Part shown: positions 25,031-39,142 of the stretch, piece after piece | How positions within the stretch are numbered: the stretch's first letter is position 1 | How the letters are laid out: each line of letters starts with the position of its first letter | Source of the DNA: Mobula hypostoma | Taxonomy: Eukaryota | Reading direction: 5' to 3' | DNA length: 64,000 nt | NCBI RefSeq assembly: GCF_963921235.1 | Contig: NC_086097.1 | Span: 47,184,001 to 47,248,000 of the forward strand | Translations under genes and position numbers: made by a program | The notes under the pieces: model-generated | Told to the model about the DNA's origin: nothing | Databases searched by the model: none | Seen by the model: the letters and a program-made list of their open reading frames with translations, nothing else

Positions 25031-28000
25031 TCATTTATTTCAATGTTTTATAAAATTGATCTTAATGTTCAAAACCTGCCTGTTATTATTCTAATTATGA
25101 TGTCTTCAGGACAGACTACTGCAGAATATCCTTTAATTAACATTAGAATGCATTGTTTGTAAGGGCAAAGCATCGCTGTAGAAAGCTAAACTGGAAGAAG
25201 TCTATAATGTAATTTTAGTCATGGGTGTAACCAAGCACTCTGACAAAGAACCATACAGTTGATAATGAAAGTGTGAAGAAAATTGACACAGTCAGCCAGA
25301 ACTGGAGGAAAAAAGAGGATCAAAATTCAGGTTTAAAGTGCCACGGGGATGACTGTAGGCACATTTGAACATGATTTTTTTTTAATTAAGCTATTGGAAA
25401 TTATTAAGGCTTAGCATTTTCTATAGGAGCTTAGAACATTGGAGACAATATATTCTTTTCATTTAAAAGTTACTGGCCTTCTTTTACTAATCAAAAGTCA
25501 ATTAAAGCCATGATGAGTTCATGATATTTTTCAATCGTATGATTAATCACAATTTTTCTAAATTTCTTGACAGACTGAATTTGAAAGCAGACTTTAATCT
25601 TCATGAATGGCAGTGGGATTCTCATCTAAAGTGTTAAGGAATTGCCACACCTTTGCATTCCTCGGCTGAAATCCATGAGAACTCCCTCTGAGAAGGGGAG
25701 CAACCAATTTTTAACCCTCAGTCAAAATTTGTGTGCCCTCTCAGTGTTTATGTGGAGAGAGGAAAAAGTAAATAAATCATCACAGAATGTGTTTCTTTTT
25801 CAACTCACATTTTTTGAAACATGCACAGTGACATTGCTTCATGTTATGAAAAATCATGTTAGGACCCATTTTCTAGGAATATGTCCCAATCCCCCCTCCA
25901 TGTAATCTGAGGAACCCCTGTGTAGTTCAATGGTTATTCACAGTTCATCTGTACTAGTCACCATTTCCTAGCAAGAGATTTCTGTTGTTCATTTAAAATA
26001 AAATGCATTCATGCCAATTGATCTTATTTGCAAAATATTTTAACTGAATTTGGATAAATTATTAGTTTTCATTAGCATTGTAAGAAATAATGCTGTCTTT
26101 TATAAATTGTAGAGAATCATCAACATTTTAATATATTTCGCTGAAGTCTGCAACATTAACATTGTTTTTATAAATTTTTATGTAAATGATTTGTAATATC
26201 AGAAATTATATTAATTGTTCTTGTCCTCCTTTTGAGATAATCTGCTACAGATTCCATTCCTGAATATTTAAACCTCAGCTTGTGATCAAAAGGCGTCATT
26301 TTTTACTATAAGCAGAAAAGTTTTGTTAGATAAGCCGTCAATCCCTTTTAAGTGTTCTACAACTGAACTATATTAGCTGATGCACAGAAGTTGATACCAT
26401 AGCACCGCGTCCCTTGACAGATAGGACACCATCTGTTAGATAAATTTCCAGTTAGCATTATATTAACCCAATTAGGAAACTCGAGCTCACTGAAGCAGAT
26501 GCACAAATGGGTCCTCTTGAGTCATTGTGAGCTCTACACAACATACAGGATCCCTTCTTTCTGCACGGCCATGACATCTGCATTTATATTAGCGAAAAGT
26601 CCTGTCCCTATTGCTCTGGACAAAAACGTTGCAAGAATAATTTAGGGGGTGGTCTTAACACTCCTTCAAACATCAGGAGGCGGGGAATTAAACATCCCCA
26701 AGCAATCTGCCAGTTCTGGAATCAACCAGACACTATTGACTGTGACTTTCAACTCACCGTCCAGAGAAATCAGCAAGGATGCTGGGTTCTTTTGCTAGGA
26801 AGGTATCTCGTGCCCAGGCAAGCAAGTTGATTCTGCTGTGTGCATAGCAATGAGCAGTCTGACTTCCTGTTTGTTTGGTAGCCAAAACTGTCGGGAGATT
26901 GACCAGCATCATAGCGTAACTGCTCAAATCACTTTAGTTTTGGCCTGATCTTTGTGACCCTAGAGTAGATTTTTAATTCTCCTCACCACCTGTAATCTGT
27001 ACTGGGTCAGATCATCTGCAGAATCTCTTGTGTTTGGGTCAGATATTGTAAGGCAAAGTTTAGTTCTCCATGCTGCTGCTGGACTGTACAAAAGTCAGCA
27101 GGTTTGAGATTTTTGCACACAGGTGCCGAACTTGCAACAGGTGTTCAGGTGATTTCCCAATTTTACCTCATTTGGACATCCCATGCAGTTTGTCAAGCAC
27201 AATGTTCCTGCAACTCCCTATCTCTACATTTTGGAAACTCAGCTCAACAACTGAAAACAGACAGTCATAATTTGGGTAAGTATTATCATTTCTGATATTT
27301 TGATTCTGAGTTTTTCAAATGTTAAGTGTTTTAAAATAATTTCCCACCATTTAAATGTTTCTGAATGTCTGAAATATTCTAAATACTTTTATCAGCCAGT
27401 AATTCCCAATCATGTCCATTCACATCATTGTTTCATGCAGCCACCAAAGTGGCATCACGTGAGGTGGTCAAGTCTAACCTTGCGCACAAGATTGGGAAAT
27501 AAGTCTGACAGTAGGCTCTGGCAGTATCAGATATAAGTTGAACTACTAAGAGTATAAAGCACTTAAACTTTTTTTTACAAAACCATCAAAGTCTAAGTTA
27601 ACAACTGACTGGAAAGAGACTTTTTTTTAGATTTTAGCAACCAGAAAAGTAAAAATCTTTCTGAAGTAACATGCTGCTTATAATCTTCTGTCTGTGAGAA
27701 AGGGCTCTTTGTTCCTCCTCGTACTTGGTGCAGATGGTTTTGTACCAAAGTTTTGTGTTTGTCAACTTTATAAATATTCAGCAATTAGCAGAAGTCCATG
27801 CTCCCTCACCAAATCATACTGACTTTAATGTCAGAACACACCCTGTGGATTTACGTTGAATTGCTGATTCACAGCTGCAGAAATGTTAAAATTGCTGTCA
27901 GCTCATTTTTGTCATAAAATGCAGGTCATTCATTAATTTCATTATTATAACATAAAACCTTGAACCCTATTGATTAATGAGTTTTGTATTTCAACTTCAG

Positions 28001-29523
28001 TGACAGAAAATTACCCTTGGTATTGTTGGATTCAGCCATTATTGTGTATATTAGTAATCTATACTTTATTATTAGTTAATATTATTATTATATTTATTAT
28101 TTATTATTATTGCTGTGTGTTTTTAAACGTTACTGCTGTAACAAAATAATTTCCCACTCCGGATCTATAAAGTACTTCTTCTTCTTCTTATTATTATTAT
28201 TATTATTACCCAGGCCATTAACCATTATTATGGTGTGTGGATGAATTGAAATGATGCAGACAAGCTTTGACTTAATAAATTCATTTTAATTAGTAATACC
28301 CAGAACAGAACAATAAATCCAAATTTCAGAATGTTCGTAAAAAACTAAATGTCTTCCACATTTGATTGCAAAAATGTGTATAAAAATAAAATTAAATACT
28401 AATAATAGAAAAATACACCAGCTATCAAATTTAGCACTGTTCTACAGTATAAAAAGAAATGATCTGAACAAAGATTCACACACAAAATTAATTTTAAACA
28501 TTATGTGATTCACCAAACACAATGTTTTTAATCAGAAATACAAATAGAAATAAGTTATCTGAAAAATTTGGGTGGTTAATAACTCAGGTTTGGAGCAGGG
28601 GGGAGATAAAATATCAATTAGGAAACTTGGATAAGTTTTCAATGGTATACCTGTAAAATATTGAATATTAATTCCAGGATTGGACCTGTATGTCACAGTA
28701 TCGATTGGAATATTTAAAGAAATAGTCCAAAGTTGGAATTTGCGGGAATTGAGAGAATTAAGATTCTTTGTGGATTTAAGGTGGACAAGGCTCTCCTCAG
28801 TTTCAAAGATGTATTGCTTAATGCAGTGAGGATTTGGAAAGAGATCACTTCCATACATTATGATAACTATGTTTGCTGTTGTACCAAATACAATGTGGTT
28901 GAGTAGCCATGAAGCTTGATCTATAAAACATGTGCCACTGTAGAACATCTATAGAAATCCGGGATTTGGAGCACCAGATTGTAATGACCTGGCTGACTGA
29001 GAACAATGAATACAGTGACAGGTGTCTGTATCCTGTCGTGCACATGGTCCAACCTCACCCTTCCACAACACTGCCTTGTCAATTCCATTCCATCAACAAA
29101 TTCCTCAAACCAGCTTATCTTGCAAACACAACCACAAGTGCCCTTAGAAACTTTTCTTATATCTCTTTGTTTGACCTTCCTCGAATCTCTGTTCGTGAAT
29201 TTGCTCCCAGCACTTGATCTGATCCTCATACAGTCTGTTGCATTTTGCTGCTGTTCTGCCTGACCAATTGTACAGCACTCATTAGAAGAACATGTACTCT
29301 TACACTCTCCAAAAACCCGTTATTTCTCCCAGGAGCAACTGGCAAAGCAGGAGAGAGGTGAAGAAATCTTCAGCTGTGGAGAATAGCATAAAAGAGAGAG
29401 CTGGAGATTTGTGACACTTTGCCAACAGAGTTGGAGAGATTGGAATGTCTCAGTGATCCATGCTACACAACATTGTCATGTTGACTTGATTTTTCACCAT
29501 GAATTTGGAACACCTTAATTACT

Positions 29524-30153
29524 TGACATCAGGTACAGAGGAGATGTCAGGGGTAAGTTTTTTACGCAGAGAGTGGTGAGTGTGTGGAATGGGCTGCCGG
29601 TGGTGGTGGTGGAGGCGGAAACGATAAGGTCTTTTAAGAGACTCCTGGATGGCTACGTGGAGCTTAGAAAAATTGAGTGTGTGACAAAGGCCCATCATTA
29701 ACTACGGACGGCACATGGTGCACTCGGTAAAACACTCATCCCCAGCAGTAATAGTGACTGGGTCTGAAATAGAGGCAGCAGCAGCAACCTGCACAGGTGT
29801 GTTGATGGTGGAGGATACCATAATTAGCTTTTGGTTAGTCTAGGGGGAGGGCTTAGCAGTTATAAGCCTCAGGTTACCAAGACTTTGGGGTTAGTTTTCT
29901 TTGGTGTTTAGTCTGAGGTTGACTATATATATAGTTTTTCCCCCAGTTTTTGTCTTGTTTTGAGGTAAATAAAAGTACCTCAACTTATTTTTGCGACTCA
30001 AGCCATCTGGTTATTTTTCTTAAACAATTGACCCACAGTTTTTTGTGACAGAGGGCTATGGGTAAGCCTAGGTAGTTCTAAGGTAGGGACATGTTCGGCA
30101 CAGCTTTGTGGGCCAAAGGGCCTGTATTGTGCTGTAGGTTTTCTATGTTTCTA
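29524..30153 (+). mobile_element. CR1 LINE 3' end (different subfamily) split by a solo LTR
   Basis: FFTQRVVSVWN.LP motif. Continues after 30050 to a TTTCTATG tail. Confidence 0.8.
29680..30050 (+). mobile_element. Solo LTR, 371 bp
   Basis: TGTGAC...GTGACA ends, near-perfect 5-bp TSD GAGTG/GAGGG, internal TATAA and AATAAA. It interrupts a colinear CR1 tail. Confidence 0.75.
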
Positions 30154-33100
30154 TCTCTTTATCTTCCCTCCAGAGCCTTCATACACATATTAGTAGTCAG
30201 GGGTTTGGAAATTCCATTCAAAGTACTCCTACTTCTCAACCCTTGATCTCACTTCCACCATCTGTGCAGGCTGAATCTCCTCAGGTGCTGGTGGAGGAAT
30301 CTGCAATGATGCATCCACAAGTTGCTCCACCCAGTGGGGGGCCGCAAGCATCTTGAGCAGAGACTTGAGAAGTTTGCTTTAATCTTCGCTGAGTCCACAA
30401 GGGTTGAACTACAGGGGACGGTTGGAAAAGGAAGAATAAAGCCTTGTAGGTGCAAAGGAATTGCTTATGATAATTTTTGAGTGGATGCATGTCTGCTGAA
30501 TAACGTTGCTGTTGAACCGCTTACTGTTCATGAATTCTCCTGGTTTATGTGAGGGAGCGCAGGATGTTACTTATGTTGTCCATGGCACCCTGCCCCAGTG
30601 GAAGTCAATCAGGGGTACAAGTGGTCATGGAATTGTCCATCCTAACGTTGAATATTGGAACTCAAGTGCACAAAACATACTTGCATCACAAGTATTTTCC
30701 ACAAACTCTTTCCCAGAGGTAACTAAGAAAATGATTGTGAGGGCTTAATATTAATTGCTGCTATGGATCTGTCCTTTACTGAAGACTATGAACTGGTTTT
30801 TCATTCCAATCTTGCTTTCAAAGACAACCATCCACAAGTTTGGGGAAAACCAAGCCACTGGCATTCAATTTAAATGCAAGCTAAATATTATTGCAATACA
30901 TTACTTTAGATATTCCAATTGATAACCCAGCTCTCTGGAGGGTGTTGCACGCACACAGCCAAATTTGCTCATATCAATTGGGGTAGATTCTCTATGTCCT
31001 GATGTTCTTCAGTTCATTTAACCTTCTACCCACCTAAAACATGTGCTCATCAATGTTAAAATTCTTCACAAACCCTCTTGCCAGATCTGTATGGTTGAAA
31101 GTGCTTGGTGTATGTTAAGATTGAACAATCAGAGTAAGCAGGTTCAGTGGTCTGAGTTTGACCTACAAACCTCCGAGAGGTAGATATAATTGTTCCAAAC
31201 CCCAGTGATGCCAATAGGTCTTCTCCTGCAAATTTGCATCTTTAGTTCAATTCTGTGATCATCAAACCTACATATTAAATCTACAGAAGCAGTTTAATTT
31301 ACCAGATATTATTAAAAATTGAATATATTTCCAGTAGATTGAGATTTAATTTCAGAATCAATTTTTGGATGAAATCTGCAAAATACAAGAACAATATTAA
31401 TTTCTAGTGCACTTTTGTTTTCTTATAGCTCTTTCCTTCTAACTCTCAGTCAGCTGAAATAAAACAACAAACTGATGTTCGAAGATAAGATAAATTGTGA
31501 CCGTAGGTTACAAAATAATCTCTTGTGCTAGAGAATTCCCAATCTCAGTTGAGTTCTTCTGTAAAGGAACAAAAAAGTAGCCAAAACCTAGGTATAAAAG
31601 AGGGCAGGGTTCAAATTCTACATGGGTAGTTTGTATGGAAAGCTAATGTTAAAACAATAACAATGAGCTTAGTGTAAACACAGAGGCTGGAAATCTGGAG
31701 CAACATGTTAAAAGGGTCGGGCATCATCTACAGAGAGAATTGGACAATTGTTTAAGACATCATCAGGACTGGAAAGAAACGGACAAAAGAGCCAGTAACT
31801 AAAAAAGTGGGAAAGAGGTGGAGCAAGAGCTGGTGGGTGTATCATAGGTGGATCCAGGTGAGCGGTCGCATTTAATATGTTTTGTTTTGGCTGCAAGTTT
31901 TTGCGATTTGTTATACAGACCTAGCAAAGATTGGGCAGCTGAGAGGCACTTAATACCAAGGCCTCCTATTCTCCTAGTAGCTGACTTGGGATGGCATTGC
32001 CAAAGGACCGCAAACTAAATGCTCATCAGACTATCCTATCATCCAGAATAAATGCAAAATTTAGATGAAACGTTTGCATTAGCACACACAATATTGAACA
32101 TTTTCACAATTACATCATAAACAAAAGACTTTGGTGCATTGAGAACAACACATTTGTTCATATCAAGCTTGTTTAACATAAGCATTCAAGCACAATGTGA
32201 AATGATTTTATTACGATAACTAGATTTAACAAAATGTGGAATCAATAAATCTATAGCAACCTAACTAGGTTTGTAGGAAATGTTCTCCCTATCCCCTTCA
32301 TTGCTTTTGAAAATGGGCTTGCTCCACACATCATGTTTAAAAATACACTGCAACAAGAAATATAATCCAACTTTGATGATTTTGATCTTGTATAAATATG
32401 CTATAAAGTGTTCTTTTATAGTGTCGGGAAAAAGTACCGCCTCTCCATTCCTACATCTTAAATGATCATAAATCAGTTTCCCTCAGAGTAAAAGGAACAT
32501 TAAGCTTTTCTACTGAGAAACTGGGCACTCATAAATAGGAGCACAAGATCTGTGCCTGTGCATGCAGGTATACATTAGAAGCAGTGTTCAACACGCCCGA
32601 TGTGCCTGTTGTGTTTGGAATGTTACCTTAAATGGCAACTTATTTGTGTCTGAACATTTTTTACTTGGATTAAAAACAACTGCAGGCTCCTTCCTGCCAC
32701 AGCTGATATCTAAGGCTCCAAATCTTAAGTCAGGGCACTGGTTGAAAGGCATTTTGAAGGAGGGAGGGAGCAGAGATCCATTTTTAAGATAAACTTTATA
32801 GGTATGTGGATTGCAGGGAGGCATGTCCTCCTGGCTGGAGAGGAACAGACAGCCTGCCAGTCAGAACTGATGCGAGAGAAGATGGCAGGAGATCTTCTGA
32901 GGTATCCTCCTGCAATTAAACATACCGCAGCTGGGAGCAACGTCAGGCAGGACTCCCTGACTGGACAAGAAATGTCAAGATGAGTGTTCAAGGCTGGGAA
33001 ATGTATCTGCTTGCACTGTCTCTAAACACAACCAGCCGCAATCTTCATCCCTATGAGGGCATATATCATCTAGGTTTGAAATTCTCCACTGAAATGTTAC

Positions 33101-35388
33101 CATTTACCCGTATTGCACAAGTGTGCTAGCTATTCCACAAATTCGCAACAACTACTTGGAAAGAAAATCGTTTAGGACTCAGAACCAGTTGGGTTGGAAT
33201 GATGAAAGAGCAGAAATAGGAAGCTACTGTGCCATTGCAAATTGCATTAAAGTCTTAGCTTTAATATCGGTATTGCCAGGCCGAAACAAGTTGGACTATA
33301 GAAGAGGCAGAGAGGCTGCAGGTGGACAAAGACATTTGAAAGCTAGTGTTTGATCTCCATAGAGGAAGAAATCACACCTATATACTGCCCTCATGGACTC
33401 TGGTGGAGGCTACAGATGAAAACAGTGATATGGTTGCCTGGCTGAGAAAATCCCAGGGTGATCAAGAAGCATGGGAGCATACTTCTCCAAACTCTCACAG
33501 GAGTCTCTGCAGAGCTGGGAATGTAATCCTGATTCTGATTGGGATTTTGGTATTGTCATTCCCAATGGGCAATGGGTCAGAGTAATACAGTATGGAAACA
33601 GGCCCTTCAGCCCATCAGATTCATGCCAGTCACAGCATCTTCCCTGCTAGTCCCAGTGCCCACATTTGGCCTGTAACTCATCAAGGACACCGCCCCCCCC
33701 AACACCGCCATTTACCTATCCAAATGCCTCTTAGCAGCTTTCTACTACCATGAAAGCACAAGAGGAAGCCATCCAAAAGCTTTGGGTTTCTGCGAATTCT
33801 CAGGACACTTCCATTAGAATTCATCTTAGCACTACCCTAGTAGGTAGTTCTTAACCAAAGGTAATGTAATAGCTGCTGGGAGCAGGCTTCTGCAAGAACA
33901 AAAAGTCCAAAGTGGGTGCTGTTCGTCCTGAGCACAGCAACTGTCCTGTTGTGTTGTTTAAAAGTTTTAGTTTCTAGATCTACGTGCTCTGGATTGTTTA
34001 TTCATGATGAAGCTAGAGGTAAAATCTTCTAGAAATAAGTTCCCACTTGTGTTCTGACATGAAAAATCAACTCTCATAATCTAATCTAATCTAATCTTTC
34101 TCTTTCCACAGATGTTGCCTAACCAGCGTGTTTCTTGCACTCTTTTTTAATTTTCAAGTTCCCAATTTTACTTTCAGCAGAAGAAAGCAGAAGCCTAAAT
34201 TCAATAGTCGTTAAAAAAACAAGAAAGCGGAGAATGCTGGACAAGTAAACTCTGTCTGCTCATTGAAGTACAAGCCAAACTTCTGCTGTTTTATAATGTT
34301 GGCAAGATATATGGAGTTCCTCTAAATAGATATTCAGAGGTGGTGTTATGAGACTCTTGAATACAAAACCTATCACTATATCCAAAATAGATTTTTAGAC
34401 TTAAGGTTTTGTAATTAATATAATATACACTTTGTTGTTATATAATTAACTATGACATATGTTGGAAAAAGAAACAGCTACACATTTTAGCAGCTCTCTG
34501 AATCTTTTCTTGCTTTGTCCACTTTAGAAGGAGGAACACAAGCACATTACAAATCTGCTGAAAGGATAGGAGACCAAGAAAGAGAATGTAAGTCTTTGAG
34601 TCTGTTGGTGTGCATGGGTAAAGAGTTTATGAGATGAGTCTGGTTGCAATGTCTTTTCTGGTAATAAAATGGGAGCCCAACCTGACTGTGGCCATTATGG
34701 GCCCAGGTGGTTATGAAATTGCTTCCGTGCCCAACTCAGTTATTGCTGGGTGTATAGCATTTAAAAAGTGCTGTTTGGCCAGGGAGCTCACTCTATTCTA
34801 GATGCCTCTGACCACTTTTTCTAACTTAAATTAATGCAAAGATTAATTTCAGTCAATAGCAAACGCTATATCCTGAAAGAAATAATAATCAGATAAAAGC
34901 ACAGGAGAAGTCAAGAGTGTAACAGCATGAACAGGACAAAATAACAGCTCACACTTAAAGTGCATGTGCTCTTAATTTGTATATGGACAGGTGCGTGAAC
35001 CTTTCAAACAGAAAGCACAGAAATGTATTTTTCTTTCAGCAAATAATATAGTGAAAGTGATGATATTCCTGCACAATGGATTGTTAGAAATCTATTCTAT
35101 CTGAATAGATTCTGATTTATACATTCCATTAGCAAATATTTGATGGTAAGCGAGTAATAATCTGCTTGGGAAAGTAGCGCAAAAGTTATAAGATAATTTT
35201 AATAGCTAAGACTTCTGAAATTAGGAGATACACCAATGGAGAACTAGGAATTAGACGTTCGTCGAGGCTCTGAGTGAGTATACGTTTGTGTTGAAAAAAG
35301 TGTCTCAACGTGGTTTTGATGTTTTATCAATATTTTCTGATTCTCCAAAGATTTTCGATCTTGATACAAAATTGTGATATCTAAGGAA

Positions 35389-36845
35389 TGGCTAATGTAA
35401 CCCCACTTTTTAAAAAAGGAGGGAGAGAGAAACCGGGGAATTATAGGCCGGTTAGCCTAACGTCGGTGGTGGGGAAACTGCTGGAGTCAGTTATCAAGGA
35501 TGTGATAACAGCACATTTGGAAAGCGGTGAAATGATCGGACAAAGTCAGCATGGATTTGTGAAAGGAAAATCATGTCTGACGAATCTCATAGAATTTTTT
35601 GAGGATGTAACTAGTAGAGTGGATAGGGGAGAACCAGTGGATGTGGTATATTTGGATTTTCAAAAGGCTTTTGACAAGGTCCCACACAGGAGATTAGTGT
35701 GCAAACTTAAAGCACACGGTATTGGGGGTAAGGTATTGGTGTGGGTGGAGAATTGGTTAGCAGACAGGAAGCAAAGAGTGGGAATAAACGGGACCTTTTC
35801 AGAATGGCAGGCGGTGACTAGTGGGGTACCGCAAGGCTCAGTGCTGGGACCCCAGTTGTTTACAATATATATTAATGACTTGGATGAGGGAATTAAATGC
35901 AGCATCTCCAAGTTTGCAGATGACACAAAGCTGGGTGGCAGTGTTAGCAGTGAGGAGGATGCTAAGAGGATGCAGGGTGACTTGGATAGGTTGGGTGAGT
36001 GGGCAATCTCATGGCAGATGCAATTTAATGTGGATAAATGTGAAGTTATCCACTTTGGTGGCAAAAATAGGAAAACAGATTATTATCTGAATGGTGGCCG
36101 ATTAGGAAAAGGGGAGGTGCAACGAGACCTGGGTGTCATTATACACCAGTCATTGAAAGTGGGCATGCAGGTACAGCAGGCGGTGAAAAAGGCGAACGGT
36201 ATGCTGGCATTTATAGCGAGAGGATTCGAGTACAGGAGCAGGGAGGTACTACTGCAGTTGTACAAGGCCTTGGTGAGACCACACCTGGAGTATTGTGTGC
36301 AGTTTTGGTCCCCTAATCTGAGGAAAGACATCTTTGCCATAGAGGGAGTACAAAGAAGGTTCACCAGATTGATTCCTGGGATGGCAGGTCTTTCATATGA
36401 AGAAAGACTGGATGAACTGGGCTTGTACTCGTTGGAATTTAGAAGATTGAGGGGGGATCTGATTGAAACATATAAGATCCTAAAGGGATTGGACAGGCTA
36501 GATGCGGGAAGATTGTTCCCGATGTTGGGGAGGTCTAGAACGAGGGGTCACAGTTTGAGGATAGAGGGGAAGCCTTTTAGGACCGAGGTTAGGAAAAACT
36601 TCTTCACACAGAGAGTGGTGAATCTGTGGAATTCTCTGCCACAGCAAACTGTTGAGGCCAGTTCATTAGCTATGTTTAAAAGGAAGTTAGATATGGCCCT
36701 TGTGGCTACAGGGGTCAGGGGGTATGGAGGGAAGGCTGGGTTCTGAGTTGGATGATCAGCCATGATCATAATAAATGGCGGTGCAGGCTCGAAGGGCCGA
36801 ATGGCCTACTCCTGCACCTATTTTCTATGTTTCTATGTTTCTATG
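35389..36845 (+). mobile_element. CR1 LINE, 5'-truncated, young, with uninterrupted RT/C-terminal ORF (copy 2)
   Basis: 452-aa ORF 35388-36746 with LDFQKAFD, GVPQGS and FADD. Tail (TTTCTATG)3. Imperfect TSD TGATATC(T)AAGGAA. Confidence 0.96.
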
Positions 36846-39142
36846 AAATGATATCAAGGAAAATTAAAGAATTTCATATTGTGCAAACTACAAAAATGAC
36901 AAATATTTATAGGAACGGAATATCAGTGAGGGCGAGAGTTCCAAAGCAGAGTCGGAGATAAGTAAATAAAACTGCTGTGAACTGCTCTTCTTTCTGTAAT
37001 AGTCTCCATTTAAATCCGATTAAAACAGTACAATGTTCTATTCCAGAATAAAGGGCACTTATCCTCAGCAGTGAGCAGTTAACCAAAGCAACTCCTGCAG
37101 TGTGAATTTTTCTAACAAGAAGCCTTGGAGAGCAAGTAGGTGAAGCCAGTGTGAACAATAGAGAATTGGGCTGACATCACGTTCATACCACGAAAGTATA
37201 TGGAACTCGAAAATGTATTCAGGCAAAAAAATTGAAGACTTTAGGCCAGGCGAAACATTAGTTACATCACAAGTGTAGTAGCTGATTATACTAATCTATC
37301 ATCATCAAAGGCCAAAGATTGGCTCAGAAAGGTAAAGCTAGACTAGGAAAATGCGTCCAGCGTGTGTGCTACAAAATGGCATTTACACTTACAGTTAGAA
37401 AGGTCTGCAGAACTGCTCACAAACCTTACACTTTATCCATATGACCCAAGGCCGACCTAATGTACACCTTAGGTCTCAGTGTAAGCATTGAAGGTCCAAA
37501 GAAAGAGTTAGATAAATCTGAGTGACTGGGCAACACCAACTGTGGCAATGCCAAACGTGGACATTCCTGTTTGACACTGGACCAAGAGGTTGATGGTGAG
37601 CACCGTCTATTGCCTACTTTGTAGGACTTGCGTATAGAGCTGGCATGAGCCCAAGATTTCACCAAACTAGAACTTCCCAATGTAGCTATTTTCTGCTCAG
37701 CTGAATATAGATTTTTTAAAAAGAGTGAAAAATATGTGGCTATTAATAAATTTCAGAAAATGTACACTAATATAAAACTACTTTATGATATGAAATTATT
37801 ATCAGAGATATTTTCAATCAAAAAAGAGAAGGTACTACAAGATATAGAATGCTATCTATATAATCAAGATAATATAGCCATATGCACCAAAGAAAATCTT
37901 CAAACGTTCAAAGTTTTCCAATGGCAAGAGAAGCACAATAGAAAATTCTAAAGAAGTATGTACTTTCATATAGAATGTGGTTAGCCCTGGATTTATAAAT
38001 GCAAAGGTATTGCAACCAGTTAAAGAAAAAGTGGAAGCAATTGCTAAGAGAGGAAATGACGACTTAGATCATTTTATGGTGCAATCCAGACTGTTGCTGC
38101 ATCTTCCATCTGTGGTGATGCCATTATGAGTTATTAAAGACAACAAAAAGAACTGGGGCAAAGAACAAAAAAATTATTTTGACTTGTACAATAGAAAAAT
38201 AGGAAGTGATTTGGTAATTTAGTACAAGCATGCTGAAACTAGTTCTGTATTATTGAGATGTTCTAAATAGTTTGCCTGACTGCCATAAAAAAAATCAAAC
38301 ACATTCACAAAGAGTGTTAGAAATGCTCAAAGTGAGAAAGAGGCATCAGGACTTATCTTTGAAGTTAAAATAAACATCAACATACCTGCTTTGGGCTGAG
38401 GAGGGGAGAAAAGGATCAGCCATGAATGAATGGCGGAACAGACTCGATGGGCCAAATGGCCTAATTCTGCTCCTATGTCTTATGGTCTTAAGTCACAAAC
38501 CGTAATTCTTTTGTTAACAATCTTTGGTGCAAAGTCAGCAGTGCCAATAATGATTGCATTGAGAATACAAAGGTGCACTCTTCTCTTAGCTCAGTATGGT
38601 GCACAATCAAGTCTACAACAAAATTCCAGTTCAGGTGTGTTGTAGGAGGTTTTAAACGAGAATTCAGTCGCAGGAGGTACAGTAAATCTTCATGTTGAAA
38701 GAAGCAGAGGATGGACTTTCTGTTTACAGCAACAGGAGAGAGCCAGGGAGGCACAAAGATACTATTTCCAAAAGAGTATGCAGGAAAGTTTGGAAAGTAC
38801 GGACAGTAGTTCAGACGAAGTTGAAGAATGTAGTACAGTATCCACAGAATGTAGTATCCATGACGAAATGAGGTGTTGAAGAACAAGATTGTGTTAAGTT
38901 GGGACACTGATTGCATAACATCTCAATAGATAAATCAAGATGACAATTTTTTGAAATGTTTCGCTAAAGTTCAATCAGAAGTTTTATTGCCTGCAATTGG
39001 GCAAAGATTTTAAATCATTAATCAATTAGAGTACTAAGCAGCATTGACATCTTTACAAACCCGGAAATGGCCAACGGGTCTTTTCATAAGTGCACATATC
39101 AATTGTTGTGAGGAGGGATACTGATAATTTCTTAATAGAAAA

